Translations under genes and position numbers: made by a program | Part shown: positions 26,085 through 38,706 of the stretch, one piece after another | Layout: each line of letters starts with the position of its first letter | Position numbering within the stretch: the stretch's first letter is position 1 | Source of the DNA: Mytilus edulis | Taxonomy: Eukaryota | Direction of reading: 5' to 3' | Length of the DNA: 64,000 nucleotides | NCBI RefSeq assembly: GCF_963676685.1 | Contig: NC_092352.1 | Location: forward strand, 80,786,001-80,850,000 | Notes under the pieces: generated by a model | The model's input: only the letters and a program-made list of their open reading frames with translations | What the model was told of the DNA's origin: nothing | Database searches by the model: none

Positions 26085-26160
26085 TGAGTTGCCAATGGTA
26101 TTTTTAGCTGACATTTGGTTTACGGTAGCTGAAGACCTTTCCGATGTATCGTTTCAAACA
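26085..26160 (-). pseudogene. TMEM26-like relic copy B, exon 2 remnant
   Basis: TGAGTTGCCAATGGTATTTTTAGCTG resembles TGAATTGTCACTGGTATTTGTAGCTG (40498); collinear with intron matches 25400-25630 to 39730-39950 and 25890-26010 to 40260-40385. Confidence 0.65.
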
Positions 26161-27278
26161 TCTAAATTGGTAACAAAATATATGGCATGCGTTTTCTTCT
26201 TAAGAACCGTACTGCATTCTTCAAAGATATTACCCTGCAAGTTAGGCAAGCGTTCGAATTCACTATTGGGAACATTTCTATTTTTTTTCAATTGATAGTT
26301 TTTTATAGATAAGCTGAATTTTAGTCTGTAGTACCGTTAATGTCAGACTTATTATGGTAAATTATGTTAGGTGGGGTTGATGAGAGTATGCATACAACTA
26401 CGGCAGACACAACTTGATCTTTAGAAATATTAATCAATATAGTAAACAATTAGTGAACATCACCGACATTGTCAATCGGCTACGTGAAGGAGTATTCATC
26501 ATTGTTTATGACTTGAAGATTCTGTTATTTTCTTAAAAAGTAAAAAAAGAAAAACGGAAACTGTAAAATGATAAGCAAAATAAAATCTACAACTACGTCA
26601 CAAATACAGAATTGATTAATCGACTCAATACACAATTTATTAAATAAACTGACGATGTTTCCAGGTTTTGTGTTTGTAAATCATATTGATAATAAAAATG
26701 GATAGAACGAAAACTGAAGCAGCAAAACAAACCAGAAAAATAAAAATCTGCAAATATCTCAGTATAAACGATTCAGTATAAAATTGTCAATTGACTCGTA
26801 ATAGAAGTTATTTGTTCTTTAATAATAACAATTTAATTTGGTTTTTTTTTCTAATTTCGGATTTTCTGGAAAAATAAAGGCAACAGTAATATACCGCAGT
26901 TCAAAAAGGAATGAGAGAACACAGCAAAATCAATCCACATGATAAATAAACAAATAAGAAACAAGGCTAATTAAAATTTGGGCTGAAATTGATATCAAAA
27001 GGTCATTGGCTTGTAAGAAAAGGGATTCATGCTATCAAAACATTGAACAACTTGCCAATGAACAGTACTTTTTAAACAAAAAACGAAAACATCCCTTTGC
27101 AATTTGCGTGCATCTGGAGCTATTTTTCTCATAACGCTTTATAAAACTGGTGCGCAAAATATGCTTTTAATTATTTACCGTGGCTTCACTCGGAACTATT
27201 TAACGAAATACACGAAACTCAATGATGTAGAAATACGTGAATACGTATCGAAATGATGCACCAAAAACAACCTAAAAT

Positions 27279-27498
27279 GAGGGTCTGAATTGGGGGGGGG
27301 GGGGTCTGTTATTCTGTAAACATTTAATTTTCACCCCTTTTTTCTCTAATCTTCAAAAAATTAACCCCTTTTTTTTCTCTAATCTTCAAAAAATTTACCC
27401 CTTTTTTCTCTAACCTTCATTTTTTTTTGCCCGTTTTTCTCTAATCTTCATTTTTTAAGGGCATCATTCTTTAATCATTTAACCCCATCCAAACCCTC
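27279..27498. mobile_element. MITE with GAGGGT...ACCCTC ends, internal TTTTTCTCTAATCTTCA repeats, 6-bp TSD TAAAAT
   Basis: TAAAAT at 27273-27278 and 27499-27504; truncated relative at ~31168. Confidence 0.85.
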
Positions 27499-29601
27499 TA
27501 AAATGGCTAACGAATTTTGTATTATCATTTTATGTTTGTTTCTTAATAAAATATCTAAATTCCGCATCATCACTCCTCTGACGTCATACAATTTTACTTT
27601 TTGTTTTTGTTTTTAAAGAATTTGCACTTTGTTTTTTTAGATAGAACGGGTAGTAAATATGTAATCCCTTTCCTAAAAGTCAATGCAATAAAAAAAATAC
27701 TTATCTAAGATTTCAAATATCATACCAGATTAAACACATGAACGACAAACACGGATTAAATATCTATAAATTATGCTACAAGAGTAACGCTTTTTGCAGT
27801 GCTACGTAAGGTAACACATAAATAATTCAGAGAGTTATCCAAGCGAAAATTTCTTTAGTAAGGAATCGTTTTTATACAAAAAGAACATGTATAATATTTC
27901 CACCTAATAATATGTATATCACATCAAAATCTTTTTTTTTTTATAAATTTTAAACATAACAATCTTCCAATTCAGTGAAATAGGGAGACAGGATCAGGGC
28001 TCTTTTAACTTGTTCTATATTATATTTCCTAGTGTGATGACTATAAACACCGATATCTGCTAGAAATATAATATATGTCCTTTCTTAGTAATCTATAATC
28101 AGTATACTTTCATAATATGCAATATATATGTTGGGAACCTTTCGTAAAAGAAAAATATGATTTCTTGTTGTATGAAACGATAATATTTCATTTTTATATG
28201 TAATTTGACCATGCTTAAAAGGTGCATGCAATAACTTGGTATCACCATTACTTTCTACTCTAGCAGCAGGTGGTTTGTATATGTAGTAAAAAGTAAAATC
28301 ACAAAGATACTAAACTCCGAGGAAAATTCAAAACGTAAAGCCCTAATCAAATGGAAAGATCAAAGGCTCAAACACATCAAACGAATTGATAACAACAGTT
28401 ACTGTCATATTCCTGACTTGGTACGGGCATGTTCTTTTGTAGAAAATGGTGGATTAAACCTGTTTTTATAGCTAGCAAAACCTCTAACTTATATAATGGT
28501 CGCATAAAATTCCATTGTATTGACATTCATGTGAGAATAAAACAAACTGACATAAAAATGTCTGTCAGATGTCAATAGTTGAATTCTTGAACCCCTACTC
28601 AAAATATAGATACATCTAAAAAAAAATCAGATCAGACATACGCGCCTCGAGTATTTAACTAAAATTGCTTGTTTACATTAGGAAATGGATTAATATAAGT
28701 AATCAACTAGTATCCAAATCCTATCACGGATTCAAATTTACTTTTATCTTCTCGTCATCTGATGCATTGTGTTGGGAGACAGCTGTATGAGAGGTAATAA
28801 TATTTTTTCTAGTCTTGCTATATAAACATTAAATAAGGGAACCATCTATTATATAACTTACTAGTCCTACATAAAACCAATAATTCTTAAAATCAAATTG
28901 AAGATATTTGCTACAGTGTAAAAACAAAATTGACATATATCTGTCAAGTTTTTTTCATTTCGAAATCTGACTCGATTAGTAATGTTCTTGTTTAACAGAT
29001 GGAGTGTCCGAATATTTCCGAATACTGTTTACATGCAATTCTATAATATAGCTATCACATTTATTTATCATAATCCATTAAGTAAAGATGTGTCCAGTTC
29101 TACATGTGTGATAAAACTGAAGACAAATAACATATAGTTCACATTAAAAAGTTGAAATAAACATTTCCATGTGCTATTCGAACATTTTCAGACTGAAAAC
29201 CCTATGAAAACCCGGTCTCACGTCACATGGTCAGTCTTGTATAAAATAGTACGTTCGTACCGGAAGTTTTTGATATACATACTCGATATAAATATGTGAC
29301 ATTTCCCTTTCCACTAAGTGTAATCCTGCTTTCCGTTTTTGACCTTCGGATTACGATTCGCTCTAATAACCTTGTATATCAATAAATGATTTTTTCCTTT
29401 TATATTAGTCCAGTAATCATGCTATATAAGCCAGAGGCACAAGTCGAGTTCCATTAATGCGTTAAGTGAAGATTACAAAGTTGATATGGAAAAGACATTG
29501 TTATTATTTATTTCTGATACACCCAAACTTATAATGTATATAATCCTATAAAAGCCCGATCATTTGATATGATTACGCGTTCGAATAACACTTTGCAAAA
29601 T

Positions 29602-32216
29602 CACGGCCGACACTCGGCTAACCGAGAGATTGGTCGGTTAATCTATATTGAGTATGCGGCTATATGGGAGATTGATCTGTTAATCGGGTTGGTTATACGT
29701 CTGTTAAGAGTAAAACGCACAATTTAATGTTAAACTTTATTAAATATAAAGATTTTTTGGCATATTATAAGAACCAAATCAAAAAAAGAAAACTGTCTGA
29801 CAAAATGATATCTATCATAGAACATTTTCCACTTGTAAAAACATTTCATAGTGTACGCAGTTTTCAGTAAAATCAAAAGGCGTCGCGCAAGTATGTAGTA
29901 TTTATGCTTATACGCATAGCATTTTTTTTAATAAAAGTCGGAACTAAAAATTTTAGATATCATTTAAAGGACACAAAATAGTACTTTGGTTCTAAAACAT
30001 AAATTTACATTGGTAAATATTTCATAATTGTAATACAAAGTGAATATTACCACGTTTTAGTGAAAATTATGGGAATAAAGTCTGTTAATGGGTTGGACAA
30101 TTGAAATTGTGTCAGTTAAGAGTAATTTAGCCACAGTTATTTTTGCTACCTTTATATTTTCCTATAGAAAAAGTTAAGAATGAGATGTTCCTGAGTGAAA
30201 AAAAAATGATAATACGGTGCAACAGTATCCTACGGAAGCGAATTAGCGCAACACATTTTTTTTTTAATTTTTCGTCCTATATTTGCGTTACAACGCAAAC
30301 CTTTTGCGTTATAATGCAAACCTTTGCGATAAAACGCAGACCTTTGCGTTGTAACGCAAACCTTTGCGTTGTAACACAAAACTTTGCGTTGTAACGCAAA
30401 CCTTTGCGTTGTAACGCAAACCTTTGCGTTAAACGCAAACCTTTGCGAAATAACGCAAACCTCAAATATCTTGATTTCAATTGCTCATTAAGTTTTGTAA
30501 AAAATGTCCGTCTGTCATTCATTTCGGTTGTGATTTACTAGTAAGAGCATTTTTATTTTGACTTTCTTTGCATTTTATTGAAGGATGTGTCACTTCAATA
30601 TAGTGTGATATGGATTGGCCGCTGGAATACGCATGAATTTATTATTAACGTTTTCAATCAGCCTCAATTTTTGTGTCTGTTCAAAGTAGCACGTTCTCAA
30701 ATCCGACTGAAAGTGTCTTTCTAATACAACACAGGGTACATATAACGTGTTGTCATTCTCATATGCACATGATATTTGTCACTGGACGTTTAACCCTAAT
30801 TCGTAAGCATCGTCCAATTGGTTCTTTATTTCTATTACTTAATCATATGTTGTTTACAAATCATTCTCAAGTAGTAAATGGAAATGAACGAATTCAGCTA
30901 CACTTGGTCATCTTGAGTTTTAATACATTTTATTCCGTTTAGTTCCTTTCTTCATAAGTGTAGAGGAGAACGGCAGTTGTCCGCATGTAAACTTCTAGAA
31001 TTTGTCACCAATTAGAGTACATCGAAATCTGTTACTGTTTCAACACCCAGGGATGTTTCTTAAACAATTATTATTTTTTCTCTTTTTTTTAGCAATGCAT
31101 CACTCTCTACTGTCCTTATCTATTATTCTATATTCTGCTACTCCATCCAGATAATCGTGTATACCATGAGGGTTCGGATTGGGGGAGGGGTGTTTATTTC
31201 TGTATTCTTTAAATTGTTATGTCACGTTTCCTCCGTGACTTTTTTCCTTTTACCTTTTATTTATCTTACTCATTATTCTTTCTCTATTCTTTATATTTTA
31301 GCATCCCAATATATTTTACTTACTGATGTTTAGTTACATTACGATGTTTATCTCTGATCTATATACTGGTTACCAATGTAGATGACAAATTGGTGTCATT
31401 TATGACAATTAAACAGAATCCACACACATGACATATGCGACCATTCTTGGATGAAATTAACATTACTTTAATATTACACTTTTTTAAACCGTTTTTATCA
31501 ATTTTCAATTTCCATTGTTTAAATTGTTCATTGTTCATGTGTTGTTTCCGTATATTTTATGTTTCATTGCTCATGTGTTGTTTCCGTATATTTTAGCCGC
31601 TCGTCTTGAGCCTACCCATTTGATCCAATAACACCCCATATAGCAATAAAATTATACTTTTATTGCCATTCATAACTCTTAACAGACCAATTAACAGACT
31701 GGGTTTTATACATCCGACCCATTAACAGACCAGGTTTTAAATAAAGATTGATTTATGTCACCAAAATACAGATTTTCGTGAAGATTTTTCACACAATGAT
31801 TTCATTATGGTTAACAAACATAATGCCTGTCTTTTCTCGATGTTCAAAATATTGCATACACGTAAATTCAACCAACGTGTCATTTTGTGTACAGTTTGTG
31901 TGTGTAAAATGTGTATAAATTTATTGATGAGTAACCCGCCTTTTCATTTTATAGATCGTACATTGAAGCTAGAAAAATAATAATTACACCACTGGATTCA
32001 GTACATTGAATTGTTTTGTTAGACATGAATATTTTTTATGATAAAAATATATTTAAAAAGTTATACAATGAAACATGCTGAACTTTCAATGATTTTCTCG
32101 ATAACACTTGATTAACAGACTTTAGCCAACCCGATTAACAGACCAACCGCCGATATAGCCGCATACTCAATATAGATTAACCGACCAATCTCTCGGTTAG
32201 CCGAGTGTCGGCCGTG
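29602..32216. mobile_element. 2.6-kb non-autonomous element with CAC...GTG ends and 5-bp TSD (Transib-type)
   Basis: ~63-bp perfect TIR CACGGCCGACACTCGGCTAACCGAGAG..., extending to ~92 bp with mismatches; AAAAT duplicated (29597-29601, 32217-32221); subterminal TTAACAGAC repeats; no transposase ORF. Confidence 0.88.
30282..30461. repeat. 20-bp minisatellite of self-complementary units (CTTTGCGTTGTAACGCAAAC), ~9 copies
   Basis: Each unit is TTTGCGTT-NN-AACGCAAA. Confidence 0.9.
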
Positions 32217-32968
32217 AAAATGTTATCTTACCTCCTTGTTTTGATTAATGCCATTGATTTGTCAATTTTATTTCATATACAGAACTGGACATAGCCGACT
32301 ATACAGTATGGATTTTTTCTCATTGTTCAAGGGTTTATGGTTGCCTAAAATTGCGTAAATTCACTTCGTTTGAAATTTGGTGAATTGTTGTCTCATTGAA
32401 AGTGACATTCATACCACATTTCCCTATTTTCATATATATATTTGCTAAGAATATGATACGACACTAAACCAATTCAAGGCAGAACAGAATATTGTAAAGT
32501 TTTATCTCTTTGTTGGCCGCTGTCGGAATAAAACTTATGAAAGATGTTGTGGTGTAATTATAAGGGAACCTATAAAATTGCATCTGATAACCAAACATTA
32601 TAGCGAGAAGTTCTCTTTAATAGTACTTGTACAATTTAAACTTCACTTTTATGATACAAAAGTAAATATTTTGATATATCTTGCATCCAAGGTGTTCACA
32701 ATATGTAAATACAATCGAGTATAGAATAAATGTTTAAATATCAATTTCAAAACGGTCGAGTGGAAATTTAATGGGTACAAATTGGTCGATTACATTGATA
32801 TTATTAAAATTCCATCGACATGGAACAATTCTCTCTCTGTGGTTCTTAAGAAAAAGTCGAATTTATGTATATAAAGGGCACACCGTATTTTCAGTCATGA
32901 ACGTCTACTGGTGTGAATTTCAGGTTATTTATAATAAAGCATATTTCCTAAAACTTTAAAGCAAGCTT

Positions 32969-33035
32969 TCAATAAAAACCTAACTTATATCCGTAGTTTG
33001 CACGGCAAAAAAAACGACAGAAGACTTAATAAACA
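32969..33035 (-). pseudogene. TMEM26-like relic copy C, C-terminal fragment
   Basis: Reads ...RANYGYKLGFY-TGA versus RANYGYNGGYY-TGA; the FYQS codon Q is a stop; 3' flank 32625-32910 resembles 34940-35290; GATATTTTTCAAGTGTTGGTGTT at ~34087 matches intron 2 at ~39686. Confidence 0.75.
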
Positions 33036-33255
33036 ATTTGGGTTTATTTGTCTGTCAACTAATTTATCGAACAACAGAAACTCGAATTTAGTAAACTTGC
33101 TGTACAAACTATTCTAAGATGTTAGGCACACCACTCTATACCTCATACACGTGTTTAATCGTCTACATAAAATTCATCATTGACGTTAAAATGAAAACAT
33201 TTTTGAACACGTTTATCATAAATTGTATACACTGACCTTTAAACAGTACTTTTAA

Positions 33256-33528
33256 GGTGGTAACTAACACTACAGGGAGATAACTCTGTAAAATCAGCTA
33301 AACGTTTTAATTACTTTGTGTTGTAAAGGGAATATTAAGCTTCTCAATGATCAAAATTGGTGTTTTTCAAACTGCTATATAACCAGTGTAATTTTTCTGA
33401 TAAAATGGTTGGTTCAAAATTTCTGAAATTTTTTTATTTTTGTTAAAGGGTCAAAGTAAATACTTTGTCAAAATTTAATGAAAATTAAACGAGCCAAATT
33501 AATTTTAGTGAAAGTGTTGGGTACCGCC
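33256..33528. mobile_element. TTAA-flanked MITE with GG ends (Kolobok-like)
   Basis: TTAA|GGTGGTAACTAACACT ... AGTGTTGGGTACCGCC|TTAA. Confidence 0.7.
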
Positions 33529-35347
33529 TTAAACGCTAGTTTGAAGAAACAATATGAGGAAATATTTATGTTGATGATTTTGATCTTACATTTCCTGGTA
33601 TCTATGGTGAGTTTATTTGCAGTTAAATCATTGTACTTTTTTTAATAAATGGTTGTAACGGTTATGTACAATATTAACACAAATGACAGAAAATACTTTA
33701 CTTTGGAAGTATCAGTGTATAAAAAGTTGCGATAAGAGAAAAAAAAGTTTCCATCTATTGTGCCAATCTTAACTATAACGATTAGAAAAATTATAAGTCT
33801 ACACCAGACCTAAAGAAGTTAATTTTCTAAAGGTTACCCTATCGATAACATAATTCGGAGATTTGTTTGTATACATGTTTCAAAAACCAAACAAAGCCAT
33901 ATTATAAATATTTGCATAAAGCGTTTTTCAAGCCTATTCTCAACAATATTTTTGGAAGATTCGATTTGATGTCATATTCATTTTTTTTAAAACGTTGTAC
34001 ACAAAAAGAGCGATTTAATATTAGAGTACAAGGATCAAAGGTTGAAACAAAAGTGTCATCATCTGTCTCTTTCTTTATTTACTAAAGATATTTTTCAAGT
34101 GTTGGTGTTGGTTATTTTTCCTAATTGAAGAGCGGTATACTACTGTTGCCTTTATTTATACCACTCGACTAAACTTTCTTATAACATTTTAAAATTTCCA
34201 AACACTTGTCGTAGATGGAGATTTTTCATAAAAACGTCATCTATCAGCAATGTCCACAATACATTATTATCTTACATCTTATCTTTAAAGAGGGGAGAAA
34301 GATACCAGAGGGACTTTTTGTTTTTGATTTTAACTCATTTGATATTGCTTATTGTTTTTCCCCCTATCTTGGCTTACAGAAAGCTTTTACAATATGTTTA
34401 TTTGTGGTCAGTTCTTCATTTTCATTGTTGTTGGTTCATTCAAAATAAGTATGAAGGCGTATGTATGTCTCATCTAAATTTATTTTTGTTTTTTTACACA
34501 GATGTGCAATGTAAATTACAAAGTATTTTTCTTGTCGCTAAAATCATCATCACCATAAGGAACACAATATCTAAAATTCCTTTCCTATGTTTAACTTAAT
34601 TTGATGATAATCACATAGAAATGTGGATTAATTACATAGGACATTTGAGATATTCACTTATCCAAATATATTCATGTTTGGCACTCCGTGCAGGTTATGA
34701 TAAAGCATTAAATTCGAATACTCATGTATAACCTATCGTGACTGATTGGTACAGCAAACTTCCTATCAAGTTTCGGGAACAGTCGTCTTTCTTCTTCTTG
34801 TATATTCACTTGGTAGTAATTTAAGTGTATATTAGTATCAGAGAAGCTATACAATTGCACTCGAATACCAATCAGTTACGCGATAGGTCTTTAAATTGTT
34901 CAAGTATTACATTATTGAAATATTCTTTCTTATTATTTATTCACTTGTACAATTTAAACTCTCACAGTTGTAACACGGGAGGGGATGATTTGATATACAT
35001 TTTGAATTCAAGGGGCGTTTACAAACTATTAATGTAATTGTTGAATGTAATGAATCGTTAATTACATGATATGCTAGTCCACTTCAAACCGGATGGGGAA
35101 CAACCTAAATGGGTACAAATTGATCGATTGCACCCATACAATTCGTGTTAACTATAAGAGGTGCATTTTATTGAATATCTTTATTAATATATTTCTGCAT
35201 TGCCATGATACAATTCCATCTCCATAAAGTATTCGCAGTTTTTGTTTTGTACAGGGTGCACAATGTTTTCAGTCATAAACGTCTATGATTGTGTGCATTC
35301 CCTAAGCTGGCTATGTATAAAAAGGCATCAGACTTTAATGTAAGTTG

Positions 35348-36166
35348 TCAATAATAGCCTCCATTATATCCATAGTTTGCACGTCCAAAACCGAAAGGAG
35401 ATTGATAAAAATAATCGGGATGGGACCAATAGTTTGGTGGAGATCCACTTTTGCCTCTTCCATTTTTGCGCTTTTTATTATCTCGTGGGTTATCTTTAGA
35501 ATTTTGATGCTTGATCTTTCGAATGTCACTTAACTTCTTGATAACCTCCTTTTCTGTCATCCTTTCTTTCTCTTTGGCTTTTTCTTCGAGTTCTTTCTTG
35601 TGAGTTCCCACAACAATTACCCTATAAAATAACATCATTATCATAAGGCAATTTTTAAGAGCGAAAAATATCACACCATAACTCAGTACCTCTTTCACAA
35701 ATATTGCACACAACCGTATAGTTAGGTATGGACCGTCTTGTAACATGATTGCCACAAACAGACTCCATATTTCCATCTCCACCAATTTTGCGCAACATCT
35801 TGCCGGTGCTCTTTTGGACGTTGTCCAGTCATCTTCGTCGTCCGGATCTTCCGCATCTGTTTGACCACCGCGTTGCTTCTTCGTGGAGGTTAGGACGAGC
35901 GTAAACTGTAGTAAGCTAATCGTCCAAACCGTTAAAATTGCATAACTAAATGTTTTATCGGCTCTAATTTCTTTTTCTTCGAAAATAATGAAAAGTTCCA
36001 TGACATCTGACCCGGAACCAATATATACAAATAATAGCTGTGACAGCTGATCACGAGTAAGTTTCCCTCGTGGCAACATCCATCGACCTAATATTAGGAT
36101 GAACAGAAATCCTTGTTCTAACACTGACGCCCATGTATCTGCATCGAGCTTTACAGGAATAGTTAA
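35348..36166 (-). CDS. TMEM26: TMEM26-like transmembrane protein, coding exon 3 (terminal)
   Basis: tttcag|LTIPVKLDADTW; family motifs GRWMLPRGKLTRDQLSQLL, QDGPYLTIRL, FFALKN; TGA at 35350-35348. Confidence 0.92.
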   Translation of the reverse strand, partial: LTIPVKLDADTWASVLEQGFLFILILGRWMLPRGKLTRDQLSQLLFVYIGSGSDVMELFIIFEEKEIRADKTFSYAILTVWTISLLQFTLVLTSTKKQRGGQTDAEDPDDEDDWTTSKRAPARCCAKLVEMEIWSLFVAIMLQDGPYLTIRLCAIFVKEVLSYGVIFFALKNCLMIMMLFYRVIVVGTHKKELEEKAKEKERMTEKEVIKKLSDIRKIKHQNSKDNPRDNKKRKNGRGKSGSPPNYWSHPDYFYQSPFGFGRANYGYNGGYY

Positions 36167-38077
36167 CTGAAATGAAAACAAACTCCATGAGTGTATACTG
36201 AGTTTATAAACACAATTAAAATAACTAATAAAACGTGTTGATCATCAATCGTAAAGTCAGATACTTCAATGTAACTTCTAAACGCAGTGTATAAAAATGC
36301 ACAACGTACAATTGAAATTCGTTCTAACTAATTATGAAAATGCACTTATGAAAATGTAACTTCTTTTAAAAGAAAATTAGGTGTAGAAATGTGCGATTTT
36401 GCTTCATCAAAGTGCTAAATTGAGATTAGTGAATATTTTGATTTCAAATTAAAGTCATATGAAATGAGTGACTGGTGAAAAATAATGCTTATCCAATTCT
36501 TGAACCAATGCATGTATATATCATAAACGTAGTCTTCTGTACACGATTTTATCATATTTTACCCATATATCGTAAATCTGTTATGAGGTGGAAAAAGGGC
36601 AGCTACTTAATTGTCGTGTTTTGAAGCCGTAGTTTACCGATTGTCACTTTATGGTAAATAATCAACAAAGAATCAACATTGATATTGAGCACGTGTTTAA
36701 CATACACAATCAGATAATTATTTATTTTAATGACAGACCCATGCGTATTTCGATCACCGGATTTTTACGAAGAGGATCACGCTAAGGTCACTTTGCTTAC
36801 ATAAGTTTTACATTGAATGAAAACTATCCATTCAGTTATAAAAAAAAATATGCATCATTTTTTTTATTTGAGGTTTCATATGACTAAAAAACTAAAAAAA
36901 AACTATGACAGAAAATTTAACATTTCTTTGGATAATATCAAGTTGATAATGTTTATATTACACTATTCATTGTATAAATGTAAAAAAAAAATGTTTTATA
37001 TAAACATGATTAGACTAATGAAGTCCAATTAATTTACTTCAAACATTTTGTGCTTTTGTTAGCTTATTCGCAATATTTGTTTTGGAAATGTCAATTTGAT
37101 GTTATATAATGCATTTGTTTAAGAAAACTGAAATAATAAAAGTATGGTGGCCGGTTAAGGCCATTTCGCGTTTTCGCGTTTTCGCGTTTTCGCCCATCAT
37201 ATTATATAGGGCGAAAACGCGAAAACGCGAAATCGCGAAGTCGAAAACGCGAAAACGCGAAGTCGAAAACGCGAAAACGCGAAAACGCGAAGTCGAAAAC
37301 GCGAAAACGCGAAATATTTTTTCTTTCCGATTTCGCGTTTTCGACTTCGCGTTTTCGCGTTTTCGACTTCGCGTTTTCGCGTTTTCGCGTTTTCGACTTC
37401 GCGATTTCGCGTTTTCGCCTTTTCGCGTTTTCGCCTTTTCGCGTTTTCGCGATTTCGCGTTTTCGCGTTTTCGCGTTTTCGCGTTTTCGCGTTTTCGCGT
37501 TTTCGCGATTTCGCGTTTTCGCGTTTTCGCGTTTTCGCGATTTCGCGTTTTCGCGTTTTCGCGTTTTCGCGATTTCGCGTTTTCGCCTTTTCGCGATTTC
37601 GTGTTTTATATACCAATACATATTCTTAGTAATTGACTTTATTTCATAATCTATTTTGTTCAATTCAATATTTTATCATAAATATTTGTTGTTTTTTAAG
37701 GTGTTTCGGTTAAGGTTTAACTACCAAGGCTTTTCCTCATCAGGTATCCCAAGCCTCTAACTAATAAAATAATCAGTTTCAAAGTAAAGTTCAAAGCATC
37801 CATACGCACAGAATTTAAAAATTCTGCATACCGGGATACAAGTGAACAAACACTTCAACAGAGTTTACATATACAATGTATAATTTTTGAAATAGATTTA
37901 AACAAAATACAAATCAATTCATCTCTCAAATAGAGTAGAATTAATAAAATACATTTCATCTCTCAAATAGAGTTGAAGTTCATATATATTCATTTCATCT
38001 CTCAATTAGAGTTGAAATAATTATACAAACAAACAAAATAGTTTTGTCACAAAACAAATTTATACAAATAAATTACT

Positions 38078-38706
38078 ATGAGTAATAGAAAAAGATCTCT
38101 CAGAAAAAGGGATAAGAAAAAACGATTAATAAAATACAAAAGTAAACTCCGTATACATAATAATAACAAAGGCCATCTTAAACGCACAAAACACTTTCAT
38201 GAAAATGTAAAAAAAAGCTTTAAACTATATAGAAGTGTTTTCACGTGAGAATCTCACAAACTATGAAATATTAGTTCTTGCAAAGGGATTAAAATTTATT
38301 CCCAGTCCTGATGTAAAATACATTAAACAAAATCTCTTACGAGATTTTGACGAACTAGGTAGAAAAATGCATAAAAGATACACTAAAAGAAATTGAAACT
38401 TTTAAAACAAAACTTCTCCAAAGGGGATACTCGGAAAAAGATATCAACCCCATTATAACAAATGCACTTCATAAGGAAAGAAAAGATTGTCTAAGGTACA
38501 AGCTTAAAAACAAAAGAGCAATGCCTCCATTTGTTTTAGCCACCAAATTTAATCCTTCCTTCAATGGACTAAATAAAGCAATTAAAAAACATTGGCACCT
38601 AATTGAACAAAATGATAGCACAAAAACCATGTTTCCAAAACCTCCGATCATAGCATATAAAAGACACAAAAACTTGAAGGATCTACTTACATCCTCCAAG
38701 TTATAG
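38078..38706 (+). pseudogene. Internally deleted Penelope-like (PLE) reverse transcriptase ORF with no GIY-YIG endonuclease
   Basis: ATG 38078, basic leader, frameshift in an A8 run, then IEVFSRENLTNYEILVLAKGLKFIPSP...LLRDFDELGRKM (PLE N-terminal motif) fused at ~38370 to FKTKLLQRGYSEKDI...FVLATKFNP...KHWHLIE...FPKPPIIAYKRHKNLKDLLTSSKL-TAG (PLE thumb/linker); RT palm missing. Confidence 0.85.
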
